A DNA stretch of 64,000 nucleotides from an uncultured Alphaproteobacteria bacterium (lineage in GTDB: Bacteria > Pseudomonadota > Alphaproteobacteria > Rhodobacterales > Rhodobacteraceae): positions 15,136-79,135 of the forward strand of contig CACKFK010000001.1 of the NCBI GenBank assembly GCA_902599445.1, read 5' to 3'. The notes below the pieces were generated by a model. The model had not been told where the DNA came from, made no database searches, and was given only the letters and a program-made list of their open reading frames with translations. A program made the translations under genes and the position numbers. How positions within the stretch are numbered: the stretch's first letter is position 1; each line of letters opens with the position of its first letter. Below, piece by piece: positions 22,743 to 33,139 of this stretch.

Positions 22743-22759
22743 CTTAGAATCCTTCTAAA
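22743..22759 (-). promoter_or_regulatory. Iron control element (ICE)-like Irr operator candidate upstream of the nfu gene
   Basis: CTTAGAATCCTTCTAAA matches the Bradyrhizobium ICE consensus TTTAGAA-N3-TTCTAAA at 13 of 14 specified positions. It lies 60-76 nt upstream of the nfu start, and an irr gene is in the same window. Confidence 0.5.
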
Positions 22760-22766
22760 CTGAAGA

Positions 22767-23225
22767 TTAAGAAACAGCTGTAATTGCCTCTTTTGTCATG
22801 GACCCTGGGACAATTGTTACTGGCACAGGCAATGTACCTCCTTGTCTAGCTACTAGTTGAGTAACCAAGGGTCCTGGGCCTTCACTCGACATACCTGCAC
22901 CTAATACAATAATACCAACTTCCGGATCATCCTGTACTTGAGCTAATACTTCTGTAACTTTATCCCCCTCTCTTATTACCAGTTCAGGAGTTATACCTTC
23001 TTCCTTTTCTAGGATTTCAGAGAAAATCTTAAAGTGTTCTTTTATTCTCTCTTTGGCTTCAAATTTCATTTGCTCTGCAACCCCAAGCCAATGCTGGAAT
23101 TCTTCAGGAGCTATAATACCTAATATTTCAACCTGCCCGCCAGTTTTTGATGCGCGTATGGCTGCAAATCTGAGTGCATTAACAAATTCAGGACTGTCGT
23201 CCATTACCACCAAAAATTTTCGCAT
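22767..23225 (-). CDS. Universal stress protein (UspA family)
   Basis: 152 aa with a Usp-like alpha/beta pattern (VVMDDSPE ... IIVLGA ... PVTIVPG). Confidence 0.75.
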   Translation of the reverse strand: MRKFLVVMDDSPEFVNALRFAAIRASKTGGQVEILGIIAPEEFQHWLGVAEQMKFEAKERIKEHFKIFSEILEKEEGITPELVIREGDKVTEVLAQVQDDPEVGIIVLGAGMSSEGPGPLVTQLVARQGGTLPVPVTIVPGSMTKEAITAVS

Positions 23226-23379
23226 TGGGAATGCTTAGCCCTTTTCTGCTAAAATCAAAGCCGGAGAACAGATATTATTCTCTAGTTTAATTTAGTTTAC
23301 TTTATATCCTCATCATTAACAATCATAAGGATCCTCTAGTTTATTTTTTTCTTCAAACTAGTGTTTGAATATATAAACA

Positions 23380-24408
23380 TTATTTACAATTATTGGTTAA
23401 CCCAAGAATCTCATATGTCGATTTAATTATTGGATCGGAGATCTCCCTGGCATGAATTGCTCCATCATTCAATACTTTATCAATTTCGTCTGGTTGCTCC
23501 ATTAGCTCGTTAATTTCTTTGGTAATTGGGCCTAATTCGCTGATTATGATTTCAGCTAGTTTAGGTTTAAAGAAACTGAAAGGTTTGCCATTAAACTCAT
23601 TCAGAACATCTTCTGGTAAACAACTTGCCAAAGAAGCATAAATATTAACAAGGTTATTGGCTTCAGGTCTTTTTGCTAGTGATGGCACATCTTCAGGAAT
23701 AGGTTCTTGGTCTGTTTTTGCTTTCTGGATCTTGAGAGCTATAAGGTCATCATCATCTTGCAAATTAATTCGACTCATGTCTGAAGGATCTGATTTAGAC
23801 ATTTTTTTTGATCCGTCTCTCAAACTCATTATCCTTGGTGCCGTTTCTTCAATTATTGGCTCTGGGTTTGGAAAAAAATTAGGAACCTGATAGTCATTAT
23901 TGAATTTGATTGCTATATCTCTGGTTAATTCGAGGTGTTGTTTTTGGTCTTCACCTACTGGAACATGGGTGGCATGATATGCCAGAATGTCAGCAGCCAT
24001 AAGCGCGGGATAGGCAAAAAGTCCCACAGATGCATTCTCTTTGTTCTTACCTGCTTTATCTTTAAATTGTGTCATTCTATTAAGCCAACCTATCCTAACA
24101 ACGCAATTAAAAACCCATGCGAGTTCGGCATGTCCGCTAACTTGGCTTTGACTAAAAAGAATTGATTTGTTTGAGTCTAGACCACAGGCAATGAATGTTG
24201 CAGCCAATTCTCTAATGGAACTGTATAATGCTTTTGGGTCTTGCCAAACAGTAATAGCATGGAGGTCAACAATACAAAAAAGGGCTTCATTTCCTAGGGC
24301 TTGAAGTTTAACAAAGTTTTTTACGGCTCCCAAATAATTGCCTAAATGAATATTCCCAGTAGGTTGTACGCCAGAAAAAATTCTTTTTTTGTGTCTTTGA
24401 CTAGCCAT
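23380..24408 (-). CDS. trpS: Tryptophan--tRNA ligase
   Basis: 342 aa with the class I HIGH-type motif ([11 protein letters not shown]) and KMSKS. Confidence 0.95.
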   Translation of the reverse strand: MASQRHKKRIFSGVQPTGNIHLGNYLGAVKNFVKLQALGNEALFCIVDLHAITVWQDPKALYSSIRELAATFIACGLDSNKSILFSQSQVSGHAELAWVFNCVVRIGWLNRMTQFKDKAGKNKENASVGLFAYPALMAADILAYHATHVPVGEDQKQHLELTRDIAIKFNNDYQVPNFFPNPEPIIEETAPRIMSLRDGSKKMSKSDPSDMSRINLQDDDDLIALKIQKAKTDQEPIPEDVPSLAKRPEANNLVNIYASLASCLPEDVLNEFNGKPFSFFKPKLAEIIISELGPITKEINELMEQPDEIDKVLNDGAIHAREISDPIIKSTYEILGLTNNCK

Positions 24409-24494
24409 GGATCTAATACTTTCTAAAATTGATTAGTCTTAGTGCCTCAATACAGGGAAAATTTCTCTAGGACAATAATATTATCTTTGCCAAA

Positions 24495-26012
24495 CTAACT
24501 ACTTATTTGTTTAAAAAACCCTAAGATCCAGAGTGTTAAGAAGTAGGCGGATGAGCTGAACAATATTAAGAGAAATAGGTAGAAGCCTCTCAAATCACCA
24601 GATATCAAAATCTGCAACCACTCAAAAGATGCATAAATTAAGATCAAAGATAGTACTGATGATGCTATAAATATTTTTATGCATGGATTTATTAAGGTTA
24701 CACTTATTCTAAAACCAAGTGTTCTAGATTTTCTGAATAAAAGTATAGCCATTAACCAACTAGATATAGTGGTACTGATAACAGGAGATAGGTAGCCAAA
24801 GTATTTGATCAGAGAAACTGCAATTGCTACATTTGATAACATAGAAATTACTGCTATTTTAAATGGATTGGCAGTATCTCCACGTGAAAAGAAAATGGGG
24901 GTGAAGATTTTGTGTAGTACATAGGCTGGTAATCCAACAGCATAAATAACTAAGGCTTTTGCTGTAAACTGGCTGTCAATATTTGAAAATGCTCCTCTTT
25001 CAAATAGGACTGAAATCAAAGGTAATGATATTATCATAAGGGCAGCAGTTGCGGGGATGGTGAAAATAGAAGCAATTTTTAGACATTCATTAAGGATCTC
25101 ATTCATCTTATTTGGATTATCCAAAAGTTTTTTTTCGGAGAGTTTTGGGAGCAAGACACTACCTAAGGCAATGCCAATTACACCCAATGGAAGCTGGTAT
25201 AATCTGTCAGCGTAGTTTAGCCATGCTATGGCTCCGTCAAAATAAGAAGCTATTTGTCTACCCACCAGCAAGTTAATATGTATTACACCTGCAGATAGAA
25301 CTGCTGGAAATGCAATTATGATAAGACGTTTTAGTTTCTGGTCAAAGTTTGGCCACACAAATTTTGGTGAAAAACCTAATTTGCTAGCAGATTGAATCAG
25401 AATCAATAACTGCATTAAACCAGATAAAGGTACAGAAAGGCAGATCACAAACCCCATGTCTAGATCTAACTTGTGAGCAAATAGCATGGCAAAGATTAGA
25501 AAGACATTCAGGATTATAGGTGCGGCAGAAGTGGCATTAAATTTCCCATACGAGTTAAGGATCCCTCCAAAAAGTGATGATAGAGAAACCATGAAGATGT
25601 ATGGAAAGGTAACACGGCCATAATAAACTGCTAAATCAAACCTGGAATCAGATCCAAAACCAGCTGCCATGGCTAAAACAAGTAAAGGCATAAGAAGTAT
25701 TGCAAGAGAACAAAAGGTGAGTAGTATCAAAATTAACATCGACATGGTATTTTGCGTGAATTGAAGAGCTTCATTCTTGTTGTGCATTTGCTTCCTGAAT
25801 AAGGGAATGAATGCAGCATTAAATGCTCCCTCAGCAAAGAATCGCCGAAAAATGTTTGGTAAGGCAAAGGCAATTATGAAAGCTTGGGCTACCGGTCCTG
25901 ATCCCAAAAATGCAGCCAGCATAATGTCTCTCACGAACCCGAATATTCTGCTTACAAAAGTCCAAACACCCACTGTTAAGAAGTTCTTAAAAATCGTTGA
26001 TGCAAACCTCAT
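24495..26012 (-). CDS. murJ: Lipid II flippase MurJ (MviN)
   Basis: 505-aa polytopic protein with an N-terminus (SRIFGFVRDIMLAAFLGSGPVAQAF) typical of MurJ. It lies downstream of glnD, as in many Alphaproteobacteria. Confidence 0.92.
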   Translation of the reverse strand: MRFASTIFKNFLTVGVWTFVSRIFGFVRDIMLAAFLGSGPVAQAFIIAFALPNIFRRFFAEGAFNAAFIPLFRKQMHNKNEALQFTQNTMSMLILILLTFCSLAILLMPLLVLAMAAGFGSDSRFDLAVYYGRVTFPYIFMVSLSSLFGGILNSYGKFNATSAAPIILNVFLIFAMLFAHKLDLDMGFVICLSVPLSGLMQLLILIQSASKLGFSPKFVWPNFDQKLKRLIIIAFPAVLSAGVIHINLLVGRQIASYFDGAIAWLNYADRLYQLPLGVIGIALGSVLLPKLSEKKLLDNPNKMNEILNECLKIASIFTIPATAALMIISLPLISVLFERGAFSNIDSQFTAKALVIYAVGLPAYVLHKIFTPIFFSRGDTANPFKIAVISMLSNVAIAVSLIKYFGYLSPVISTTISSWLMAILLFRKSRTLGFRISVTLINPCIKIFIASSVLSLILIYASFEWLQILISGDLRGFYLFLLILFSSSAYFLTLWILGFFKQISS

Positions 26013-26031
26013 TCTTTTCCCATGGATTAAC

Positions 26032-28815
26032 TTATTGCGTTCCTATTAAAGTTCCAGCTTCAATTGCGTTCTTAAGTTTCTCAGCAAGCTTTATCCGCTT
26101 ATTTTCTGAGTACAATTTTAACCCAAAGAGATCTTTAACATAGAAAGTATCTACAGCTTGTTCCCCATAGGTTGCAATAATTGCAGACGCAATAGTGACA
26201 TAATTATTTGTTAATGTTTTTGCTAAATCATGCAAGAGCCCAAGGCGATCCCTAGTATCAATTTCTATAATAGTATAAATATCAGAGCCTTCATTATCAA
26301 AAGTAATATTGGTTGGTACTTTAAAATCTTGTTCCTTCTTTCTAATTTTGCCTCTTTCTTTTAATTCATCACGGGGGATTATTTGTCCCCTTAACGCCTT
26401 TCTAATGGTTTGGTTCAGGCGGTTCAGGCGATTTTCCTCAAATGATGTAGACTCTTTACTCTGAAGCCAAAAAACAGCCGTCGCATAACCGTCTGCAGTA
26501 GTATAGGATCTGGCATCGATTACATTGGCGCCAGCCAGTGCGATAGCACCGGCTAGTCGTGAAAAAAGACCTGGATGATCTTCCATGAGGAAGCAGGCTT
26601 TAGTGGCATCTCTGCTCGCATCTGTTTCTATATTAGAAATTATTTCTTCAGTTTCACGCTTTTCACCTAATGTGGCGAAGACTGCTTGGGTCTCACAATT
26701 TAGCCCTAGATAGAAGCCGGCATAATGACGATTGATCTCTATGGTGATTTTATCTTCCGGCCATCCCACTAAAGTTTTTCTCAAAGCTGATTTAGCATGA
26801 TTCACTTGTTCAGGACCAGATATGGCTTCGAAATTTTCCTTTAAGACATTAACTGTTTTTGCAAACAAAGTACGCAGCATAACAGCTTTCCAATTGTTCC
26901 AAACATCTGGCCCCACCCCTCTAATGTCACATACTGTCAGCACTGTTAGCAACCTTAACCTATTTGTAGATTTTACAACGGTTGCAAAATCTCTAATTGT
27001 TTTGGGCTCGGAAAGGTCTCTTTTCTGTGAAATATCAGACATCAGTAAATGGTTCTTTATTAGCCAACTCGTTAATTCTTGCTCCTGTTCTTCAAAGTGT
27101 AGACGCTTGGTTACTGATCTTGCTATTTTTGCCCCGGCTAAACTATGGTCTTCAGGTAGCCCCTTACCAATGTCATGGAGTAGCAGGGCAATATACAATA
27201 CTTTTCGATCAACACCGTCTTCTAGGATTTTTGATACTAATGGTAGATCTTCCTTCAAATATCCTTGCTCTATTTGAGCTAGAGTTTTAATGCATTGTAT
27301 GGTGTGTTCATCTACCGTATACTTGTGGTACATATTAAACTGCATCATTCCTACAATTCTTTCAAACTCTGGGATAAATTTCCCTAGAAAACCAACTTCA
27401 TTCATTCTTCTGAGAGCTCTTTCTGGATCGTAATAGTTCAAAAGCAGATCGAGAAAAATTGATGTTGAATTTTTATTTTTTGTGAAGTTCTCATCAATGA
27501 GATGAATATTTTTGGCAACCAAATGTAGAGCATTGGGGTGGATTAACCGATTACTTTTAAGCCCATTTTGAAATAGTTTAATAAGGTTGATTGGGTCTTT
27601 AACAAATGCTTCAGAATTCTCTATATTCAATCGCCCGTGGGTTAGGGAGAAACCTTTTTCTATATTGGTATTATCCCCAATAAATGTTTTTTTAATTTTT
27701 CTTACAATATTAGGTTTCTCTTTCACGTGTTGAGATTCCATTCTAGCCAGCAAAATTCGGGTTAGTTCGCCTACATTTTTTGCATGTAGAAAATATTTCT
27801 GCATGAATTTTTCCACTGCCAAAAGCCCCCCAGAAGTCTTAAAACCCAGGGATTTTGCTATAGGGACTTGGACATCAAAACTAAGGTTTTCATTGGCTCT
27901 ATTAGAAAACAGGTGAAGAGCGCATCTAATAGTCCATAAGAAATCTTCGGCTTCGGAAAATAGGTTTAAATCATCTGATGAAAATATATTGAATCCTATC
28001 AGATCTTTTTTCTGTTTGATCTTATAGACATATTTGGCAATCCAGTAGAGTGTTTGTAAGTCTCTAAGCCCCCCTTTTCCTTCTTTAATATTTGGCTCCA
28101 ATAGATACCTTTCAGACCCTTGTTTCTCATGACGGAGGTCCCTTTCCTTCAATTTTCCCGAGATAAATTCAGATGCCGTATTTTCAAAAACTTCTGACCA
28201 TAACCTGACGTTAAACTCTTGTGCTAGTTCAATTTCGCCTGAGATGAACCGATTTTCTAGTAGAGCAGTTCTCACTGTGATATCAGTTCTAGCTAATCTG
28301 AGACTTTCCTCCACATTTCGAACTGCATGCCCAACCTTGAGTCCTAAATCCCACAAGAGGTATAAGATGCTTTCTATTACATTTTCTCCCCAAGCAGTTT
28401 GTTTGTAGGGCGTAAGAAATAGTAAATCCACATCTGAATAGGGTGCCATCTCTGCCCTCCCATATCCACCAACAGCCATAACAGCGACCCTTTCACTCTT
28501 TGTAGGGCTAACTAATGGAAACATTTTATCCAAAACTAATTTAACTATTGTTGTAACGATTCTATCATTTATAAGCGTATAGGCAGATAGTGATGAAGGT
28601 GCTAAATAGGGCTGCAATCTCAACTTACTAGCCACATTTTCAGTGGCCTGCCGCTTTACAATTTTTAGTTCAGATAGTGCTTTTGCGCGGAAATCTCTTT
28701 GATCTATTTGAGTATTTTCAGAGCTGACTCTTTTTTGAAGATCTTCTTCCTTAAGAATTTTTTCCAGCATGACAAAGGGCTTACCTAGTCTTATAGCTTT
28801 GAATTCGGAGGACAT
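26032..28815 (-). CDS. glnD: [Protein-PII] uridylyltransferase / uridylyl-removing enzyme
   Basis: 927 aa with a nucleotidyltransferase domain (GGYGRAEMAPYSDVDLLFL), an HD domain (LLLHDIGKG) and two C-terminal ACT-like regions. Confidence 0.94.
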   Translation of the reverse strand: MSSEFKAIRLGKPFVMLEKILKEEDLQKRVSSENTQIDQRDFRAKALSELKIVKRQATENVASKLRLQPYLAPSSLSAYTLINDRIVTTIVKLVLDKMFPLVSPTKSERVAVMAVGGYGRAEMAPYSDVDLLFLTPYKQTAWGENVIESILYLLWDLGLKVGHAVRNVEESLRLARTDITVRTALLENRFISGEIELAQEFNVRLWSEVFENTASEFISGKLKERDLRHEKQGSERYLLEPNIKEGKGGLRDLQTLYWIAKYVYKIKQKKDLIGFNIFSSDDLNLFSEAEDFLWTIRCALHLFSNRANENLSFDVQVPIAKSLGFKTSGGLLAVEKFMQKYFLHAKNVGELTRILLARMESQHVKEKPNIVRKIKKTFIGDNTNIEKGFSLTHGRLNIENSEAFVKDPINLIKLFQNGLKSNRLIHPNALHLVAKNIHLIDENFTKNKNSTSIFLDLLLNYYDPERALRRMNEVGFLGKFIPEFERIVGMMQFNMYHKYTVDEHTIQCIKTLAQIEQGYLKEDLPLVSKILEDGVDRKVLYIALLLHDIGKGLPEDHSLAGAKIARSVTKRLHFEEQEQELTSWLIKNHLLMSDISQKRDLSEPKTIRDFATVVKSTNRLRLLTVLTVCDIRGVGPDVWNNWKAVMLRTLFAKTVNVLKENFEAISGPEQVNHAKSALRKTLVGWPEDKITIEINRHYAGFYLGLNCETQAVFATLGEKRETEEIISNIETDASRDATKACFLMEDHPGLFSRLAGAIALAGANVIDARSYTTADGYATAVFWLQSKESTSFEENRLNRLNQTIRKALRGQIIPRDELKERGKIRKKEQDFKVPTNITFDNEGSDIYTIIEIDTRDRLGLLHDLAKTLTNNYVTIASAIIATYGEQAVDTFYVKDLFGLKLYSENKRIKLAEKLKNAIEAGTLIGTQ

Positions 28816-28827
28816 AGAAAAAACCCT

Positions 28828-30000
28828 TTAATGAAATTTATTTAAGGCAGGTTTTAAGATATTTGACTGACCATTTCTAATTTCCATTACTGCTAGAGCC
28901 TTTTCCACGGTTCGATCGGATTTGAAACGAAAAATACCGTCTATCCCTATAAATCCATTAGTATTTAATATTTCACTTGTGCTAAACGGATAATAAGTTC
29001 GATTTACATCTCTTCTTCTGACTAGCACACCCATCGCTGCGATAGCATCATAGGCTAGGCTTGATAATAAATGGGGTCTGTAACCAAATTTCTTGATGAA
29101 TTTTTCTTCATATATTTTTCTGAACCGGGTGTCAGGTATCGCTAACCAAGAACCTTGTAATGATGGCTCTGACAGCAATGAAGTAGCCAAGTCCCATCGT
29201 GACAAACCAATTATCTGAATCTGTTCATTCCCGGTGGAGTTCGTAATATCACTTAACTCTGCTGCCAGAAGAGGAATCTGCCTATTTGGACCACCAGGAA
29301 TTATTATAGCATCGATAGGTGTGGAAACTGCCTTTTCACGTACCTCTTCAGCTATATCTGACAGGCTATTTATGTTACCCGAATAATGGATATTAAAAGT
29401 TTCTATACCACCGTTTCTTTTGATCGTAGATCGAATGGATTTTTCTAATTCGCTATTACTGCTTTCGATTGAAGAAATAATTCCGAAGCGATATTTTTCT
29501 TTTTCTAATGCATATTTGACAAGTTTTTGGATTCTGTTAACTGGTGTGTCTCCAATAATGAAAGTATTATTTCCAGCCAATTCTAAGTCACTTGCAAAAC
29601 TAACAATTTTTATTCCCTTTGACTTGGTAATAGTAGAAATAGCTTTAACAACGTCAGGAAGAAATGGTCCGACTATTAGATGTGCACCACCATTTATCGC
29701 AGAATAGGCCGAATCAAGGCCACTATCTACACGACCTTTTGTATCATAAATGGTAATTTGAAGATTTAGGCTTCCCAGATCTTGTTTTGCTAATAAAGCG
29801 GCATCTCTAAGGCTTTTGCCAATATGGGAAAGCTTTTTCTCTTTTGCACCAAAGGGGACTAATACTGCTATTTTTATGGTTTCTGTAGGCTCAATAGCAT
29901 TATCGTTTATCGAACCTAGATCTGTAGAGCAAGCATTGAGAAAGATAGTGACAAATACTATGCTGAGCAAGAAATATGGAAGGTTAATAGAGTATTTCAT
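28828..30000 (-). CDS. LpoA-like penicillin-binding protein activator / periplasmic-binding-fold lipoprotein
   Basis: The ATG at 30000 gives MKYSINLPYFLLSIVFVTIFLNAC, a signal peptide plus lipobox. The longer track ORF (to 30207) would overlap rsmI. It is divergent from rsmI, as yraM(lpoA)/yraL(rsmI) are in E. coli. Confidence 0.65.
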   Translation of the reverse strand: MKYSINLPYFLLSIVFVTIFLNACSTDLGSINDNAIEPTETIKIAVLVPFGAKEKKLSHIGKSLRDAALLAKQDLGSLNLQITIYDTKGRVDSGLDSAYSAINGGAHLIVGPFLPDVVKAISTITKSKGIKIVSFASDLELAGNNTFIIGDTPVNRIQKLVKYALEKEKYRFGIISSIESSNSELEKSIRSTIKRNGGIETFNIHYSGNINSLSDIAEEVREKAVSTPIDAIIIPGGPNRQIPLLAAELSDITNSTGNEQIQIIGLSRWDLATSLLSEPSLQGSWLAIPDTRFRKIYEEKFIKKFGYRPHLLSSLAYDAIAAMGVLVRRRDVNRTYYPFSTSEILNTNGFIGIDGIFRFKSDRTVEKALAVMEIRNGQSNILKPALNKFH

Positions 30001-30091
30001 CTTAAATATCGGGTTAGCATTAGGGTTTTTTCCTACATAATGTTTCACTAATTTAATATATGATACAAACTGAACATGATTAATAACACAA

Positions 30092-30991
30092 TTGACACAA
30101 AAAATACTGTTTAGAATTTTGAAAAAAAATTTGCAAATAAAGTTTCCCCACTTAGAAACGGCACTATATTTGGTTTCCACACCAATTGGGACTGCGGCTG
30201 ATTTCACATATAGAGGTGTTCATGTGCTATCCAATGCAGATATATTGCTGGCGGAAGATACAAGAGTATTGAAGAAATTACTAAAAATATTTGATATAGG
30301 TATTAATAATAGACCTGTTCGTTCATACAATGATAATAGTAGTCCGCATGAACGAGCGAAGTGTATTGATGATTTGGATGGAAATAAATCCATAGCATAC
30401 TGTTGCGATGCTGGAACGCCATTAATCTCAGACCCTGGTTACAAACTTGTTAAAGAGGTCATTGACAGAGGGTACAAAGTACTTGCTATCCCTGGGGCTT
30501 CTTCTGTTTTAGTTGCTTTGTGCCAATCTGGCTTGCCGTCGGATCGTTTTTGTTTTGGGGGTTTTGCACCCTCTCGGCAAAGTCATAGAAGAGATTTTTT
30601 AAGAGAATTTTCATTAATACCAGCCACATTAATTTTCTATGAAAGCCCAAGAAGGATAGTAGAGACCCTGGAAGACTTACAGGAAATTTTTGGTGAAGAT
30701 CATATTATTGCAGTCTGTCGGGAGTTGACCAAGCTCCATGAAGACAATAAACGTGGGACGGTAACAGATTTGATTGCTCAATTTAAGCAGAACAAAATTT
30801 TGCGAGGTGAATTGACAATTTTGGTGAGTAGAAAAAAATGTGGAGAGCCTGATGAAAATCTAATCATAACAGAGCTTACTTCAGAGCTTACAAGATCTAG
30901 CTTAAGAGATGCTACTGCAAAGCTGGCAGATAAGTACTCATTATCAAAAAAACACATATACGCAATGGGTTTGAAAATATTAAAGAATTAG
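30092..30991 (+). CDS. rsmI: 16S rRNA (cytidine1402-2'-O)-methyltransferase
   Basis: LYLVSTPIGTAADFTYRGVHVLSNADILLAEDTR matches the RsmI N-terminal signature. The start is uncertain: TTG at 30092, or TTG at 30131. Confidence 0.88.
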   Translation: MTQKILFRILKKNLQIKFPHLETALYLVSTPIGTAADFTYRGVHVLSNADILLAEDTRVLKKLLKIFDIGINNRPVRSYNDNSSPHERAKCIDDLDGNKSIAYCCDAGTPLISDPGYKLVKEVIDRGYKVLAIPGASSVLVALCQSGLPSDRFCFGGFAPSRQSHRRDFLREFSLIPATLIFYESPRRIVETLEDLQEIFGEDHIIAVCRELTKLHEDNKRGTVTDLIAQFKQNKILRGELTILVSRKKCGEPDENLIITELTSELTRSSLRDATAKLADKYSLSKKHIYAMGLKILKN

Positions 30992-31036
30992 TATGCAAGA
31001 ATTAATCAAATCATATTATCCAGAAAAGAGAATATC

Positions 31037-31987
31037 ATGTCATTAAGGGTAGGTTTTCAGATGGATCCAATTGAAGGTGTTGACCCCAATGCTGATACCA
31101 CATTTCGTCTTGCAGAAGAGGCACAAAAAAGGGGCCACCTATTATTTCACTATCTACCTGACGAGTTAATTTTCTCTGATGGAAGAGTTTTTGCAAAAGG
31201 CCATTATATGACGGTTAACAGAGATGATAGCCCTGTTAGTACCTTTTTTGAGGAGAAGACTATTGATTTAGGTAAGGACTTGGATGTGCTCTGGCTGAGG
31301 CAAGATCCTCCATTTGACATGAGCTACTTGACTACAACCTATCTTTTGGATTTTGTGTGTAAGGAAACTTTGATAATAAATAAACCTTTTTGGGTCAGAA
31401 ACTTTCCTGAGAAACTACTCGTTTTAAACTACCCTGACCTCATTCCAGCTACTGTAATTTGTAGTAGCATTGATGCCATTCAGAAATTTAGAGATAAGTT
31501 TGGCGACATCATTATGAAACCACTCTACGGAAATGGTGGGATCGGTGTTTTGAAACTTGGTCATGACGATAAGAACCTTGCAGCAATCTTTGAACTTTTT
31601 CAAAAAACTTCACATGAACCCTTAATTGTGCAGGAATTCTTACCAGACGTTTCTGAAGGCGATAAGAGAATCATCCTTCTGGATGGAGAAGTTCTGGGTG
31701 GCATCAATAGAATTCCCAAGACAGGTGAAATACGATCTAACCTGCATGTTGGGGGGCGTGCTGCTAAAGCTGAATTGTCAATTTGTGAGCTTCGTATATG
31801 TGAAAGAATAAGCCAAAACTTAAAAAATCATGGTCAAACATTTGTTGGAATAGACGTCATAGGAAATAAACTTACAGAAATAAATGTAACGTCCCCAACC
31901 GGACTTCAGGAATTGGAAAAATTCGAAAAAAAAAACCTGGCAGCTAAGGTTTGGAGACTAATAGAATCAAAATTACTTAGCGAGTGA
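31037..31987 (+). CDS. gshB: Glutathione synthetase (prokaryotic ATP-grasp type)
   Basis: 316 aa. MSLRVGFQMDPIEGVDPNADTTFRLAEEAQKRGH parallels the E. coli GshB N-terminus, and there is a C-terminal ATP-grasp domain. Confidence 0.92.
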   Translation: MSLRVGFQMDPIEGVDPNADTTFRLAEEAQKRGHLLFHYLPDELIFSDGRVFAKGHYMTVNRDDSPVSTFFEEKTIDLGKDLDVLWLRQDPPFDMSYLTTTYLLDFVCKETLIINKPFWVRNFPEKLLVLNYPDLIPATVICSSIDAIQKFRDKFGDIIMKPLYGNGGIGVLKLGHDDKNLAAIFELFQKTSHEPLIVQEFLPDVSEGDKRIILLDGEVLGGINRIPKTGEIRSNLHVGGRAAKAELSICELRICERISQNLKNHGQTFVGIDVIGNKLTEINVTSPTGLQELEKFEKKNLAAKVWRLIESKLLSE

Positions 31988-32003
31988 CTAGGAAAAATCA
32001 GCA

Positions 32004-32645
32004 GTGAAGAAAATCATATACTCTAGAGATTTAGTATTGCCAATAATTGCCATGGCCTTGGTAGTGCTCATATCTAATATCCTTGTGCAATTTTTACTGG
32101 GAAACTTTTTAACCTGGGGTGCCTTAACCTATCCGATTGCATTCTTAATAACAGATTTGACTAATAGGTTTTATGGGAAAGGTGCCGCCAGGAAGGTTGT
32201 AATGTATGGTTTTATCATAGGAGTTTTTTGTTCATTCCTAGGCACTCAAATGGATGGAGATTTTGGCCCTTTGGTTACGTTGAGGGTTGCAATTGGTTCA
32301 GCATTAGCTTTTCTAGTTTCGCAGTTGTTAGATATCTCAATTTTTGATTTATTTCGGAAAGCAAAATGGTGGAAAGCTCCTTTTATTTCTTCATTTTTTG
32401 GGTCTGCAGTGGATACTATGATTTTCTTTTTTATTGCTTTCTCTGCAAGCTTTGTCTTCTTAGAACCTTCCAACAATATCTCATGGGCTTTAGAAAAAAC
32501 TCCCATTATAGGTATGTTCAGCATTGCTCCATTGTGGGTGTCTCTTGCAGTTGCTGATTTTTTAGTAAAAATGGTCTTAATCGGACTTGCTCTTATTCCG
32601 TTCAGATTTTTTATAATAATGAGATCTGATAGGGTTGGTGGTTAA
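32004..32645 (+). CDS. yhhQ: Queuosine-precursor transporter-like (YhhQ / VUT family) membrane protein
   Basis: 213-aa polytopic protein. The TYPIAFLITDLTNRFYGKGAARKVV block is typical of YhhQ/DUF165. Confidence 0.7.
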   Translation: MKKIIYSRDLVLPIIAMALVVLISNILVQFLLGNFLTWGALTYPIAFLITDLTNRFYGKGAARKVVMYGFIIGVFCSFLGTQMDGDFGPLVTLRVAIGSALAFLVSQLLDISIFDLFRKAKWWKAPFISSFFGSAVDTMIFFFIAFSASFVFLEPSNNISWALEKTPIIGMFSIAPLWVSLAVADFLVKMVLIGLALIPFRFFIIMRSDRVGG

Positions 32646-32655
32646 TTAATCTGTC

Positions 32656-33138
32656 TCAGCCTTTTTCTCTTAATAGACGACCTTGCTGCTTTTCCCAGTC
32701 ACGTTTTTTCTCAGTTTGTCTCTTATCAACGAGCTTTTTGCCTTTGCCGATACCCAAAAGAACTTTCACTATACCCGCGCTATTAAAATACAGTCTAAGT
32801 GGAATTAAGGTCATTCCCTGCCGCCCTTTATTTTTCATCAATTTGAAAAGCTCTCTTTTTTTTACGAGCAGTTTCCTTCGTCTACGCTCATCGTGGGTGA
32901 AAGTTTTTGCATATTTGTAATTGGGTATATAGCAATTTATTAACCACAGCTGGTTTTCTTCTATAGATGCATAACTTTCTATCACACTGGTTTTGCCTGA
33001 CCGCATACTTTTTACTTCAGATCCTTCCAGTGCAATACCACATTCAAGTTCCTCTTCGATAAAATAATTGTAACGGGCTTTTCTATTCTCAGCTATTAAT
33101 TTGATATTTTTTTCGATCGCACTCTTTTTATTCATCAA
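32656..33138 (-). CDS. smpB: SsrA-binding protein
   Basis: 160 aa. [15 protein letters not shown] and the basic C-terminal tail are typical of SmpB. Confidence 0.95.
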   Translation of the reverse strand: MMNKKSAIEKNIKLIAENRKARYNYFIEEELECGIALEGSEVKSMRSGKTSVIESYASIEENQLWLINCYIPNYKYAKTFTHDERRRRKLLVKKRELFKLMKNKGRQGMTLIPLRLYFNSAGIVKVLLGIGKGKKLVDKRQTEKKRDWEKQQGRLLREKG

Positions 33139-33139
33139 A

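Noticed and set aside
23336-23361. Hairpin CTAGTTT-12 nt-AAACTAG downstream of trpS, as a possible rho-independent terminator.
   Set aside because: The stem is 7 bp and AT-rich, and no U-tract follows it on the transcribed (minus) strand. It is not a canonical intrinsic terminator.
26822-27277. A 151-aa plus-strand ORF inside glnD. Similar long antisense or alternate-frame ORFs occur elsewhere, for example 1289..1687 in sucB, 6221..6604 in sucC, 16594..16935 in the permease, and 37583..37927 and 38924..39370 in smc.
   Set aside because: All lie entirely within well-supported genes on the opposite strand. They have low-complexity S/F/L/P-rich translations typical of shadow frames, and they have no independent start context.
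30001-30207. Long N-terminal extensions in track ORFs: the lpoA-like gene to 30207, sucC to 7452, the Alph_Pro_TM gene to 14103 and the DMGDH-like gene to 57279.
   Set aside because: Internal ATGs give the conserved or signal-peptide N-termini (MKYSINL...[39 protein letters not shown]). Using them removes overlaps with neighbouring genes.
31926-31935. An A10 homopolymer inside gshB, and T9 at 49492..49500 inside imuB, as possible frameshift or slippage sites.
   Set aside because: Both are read through in frame and give sensible protein sequence (EKFEKKNL and RKKKLYL). They are useful only as a contrast to the out-of-frame G8 run in fabB.
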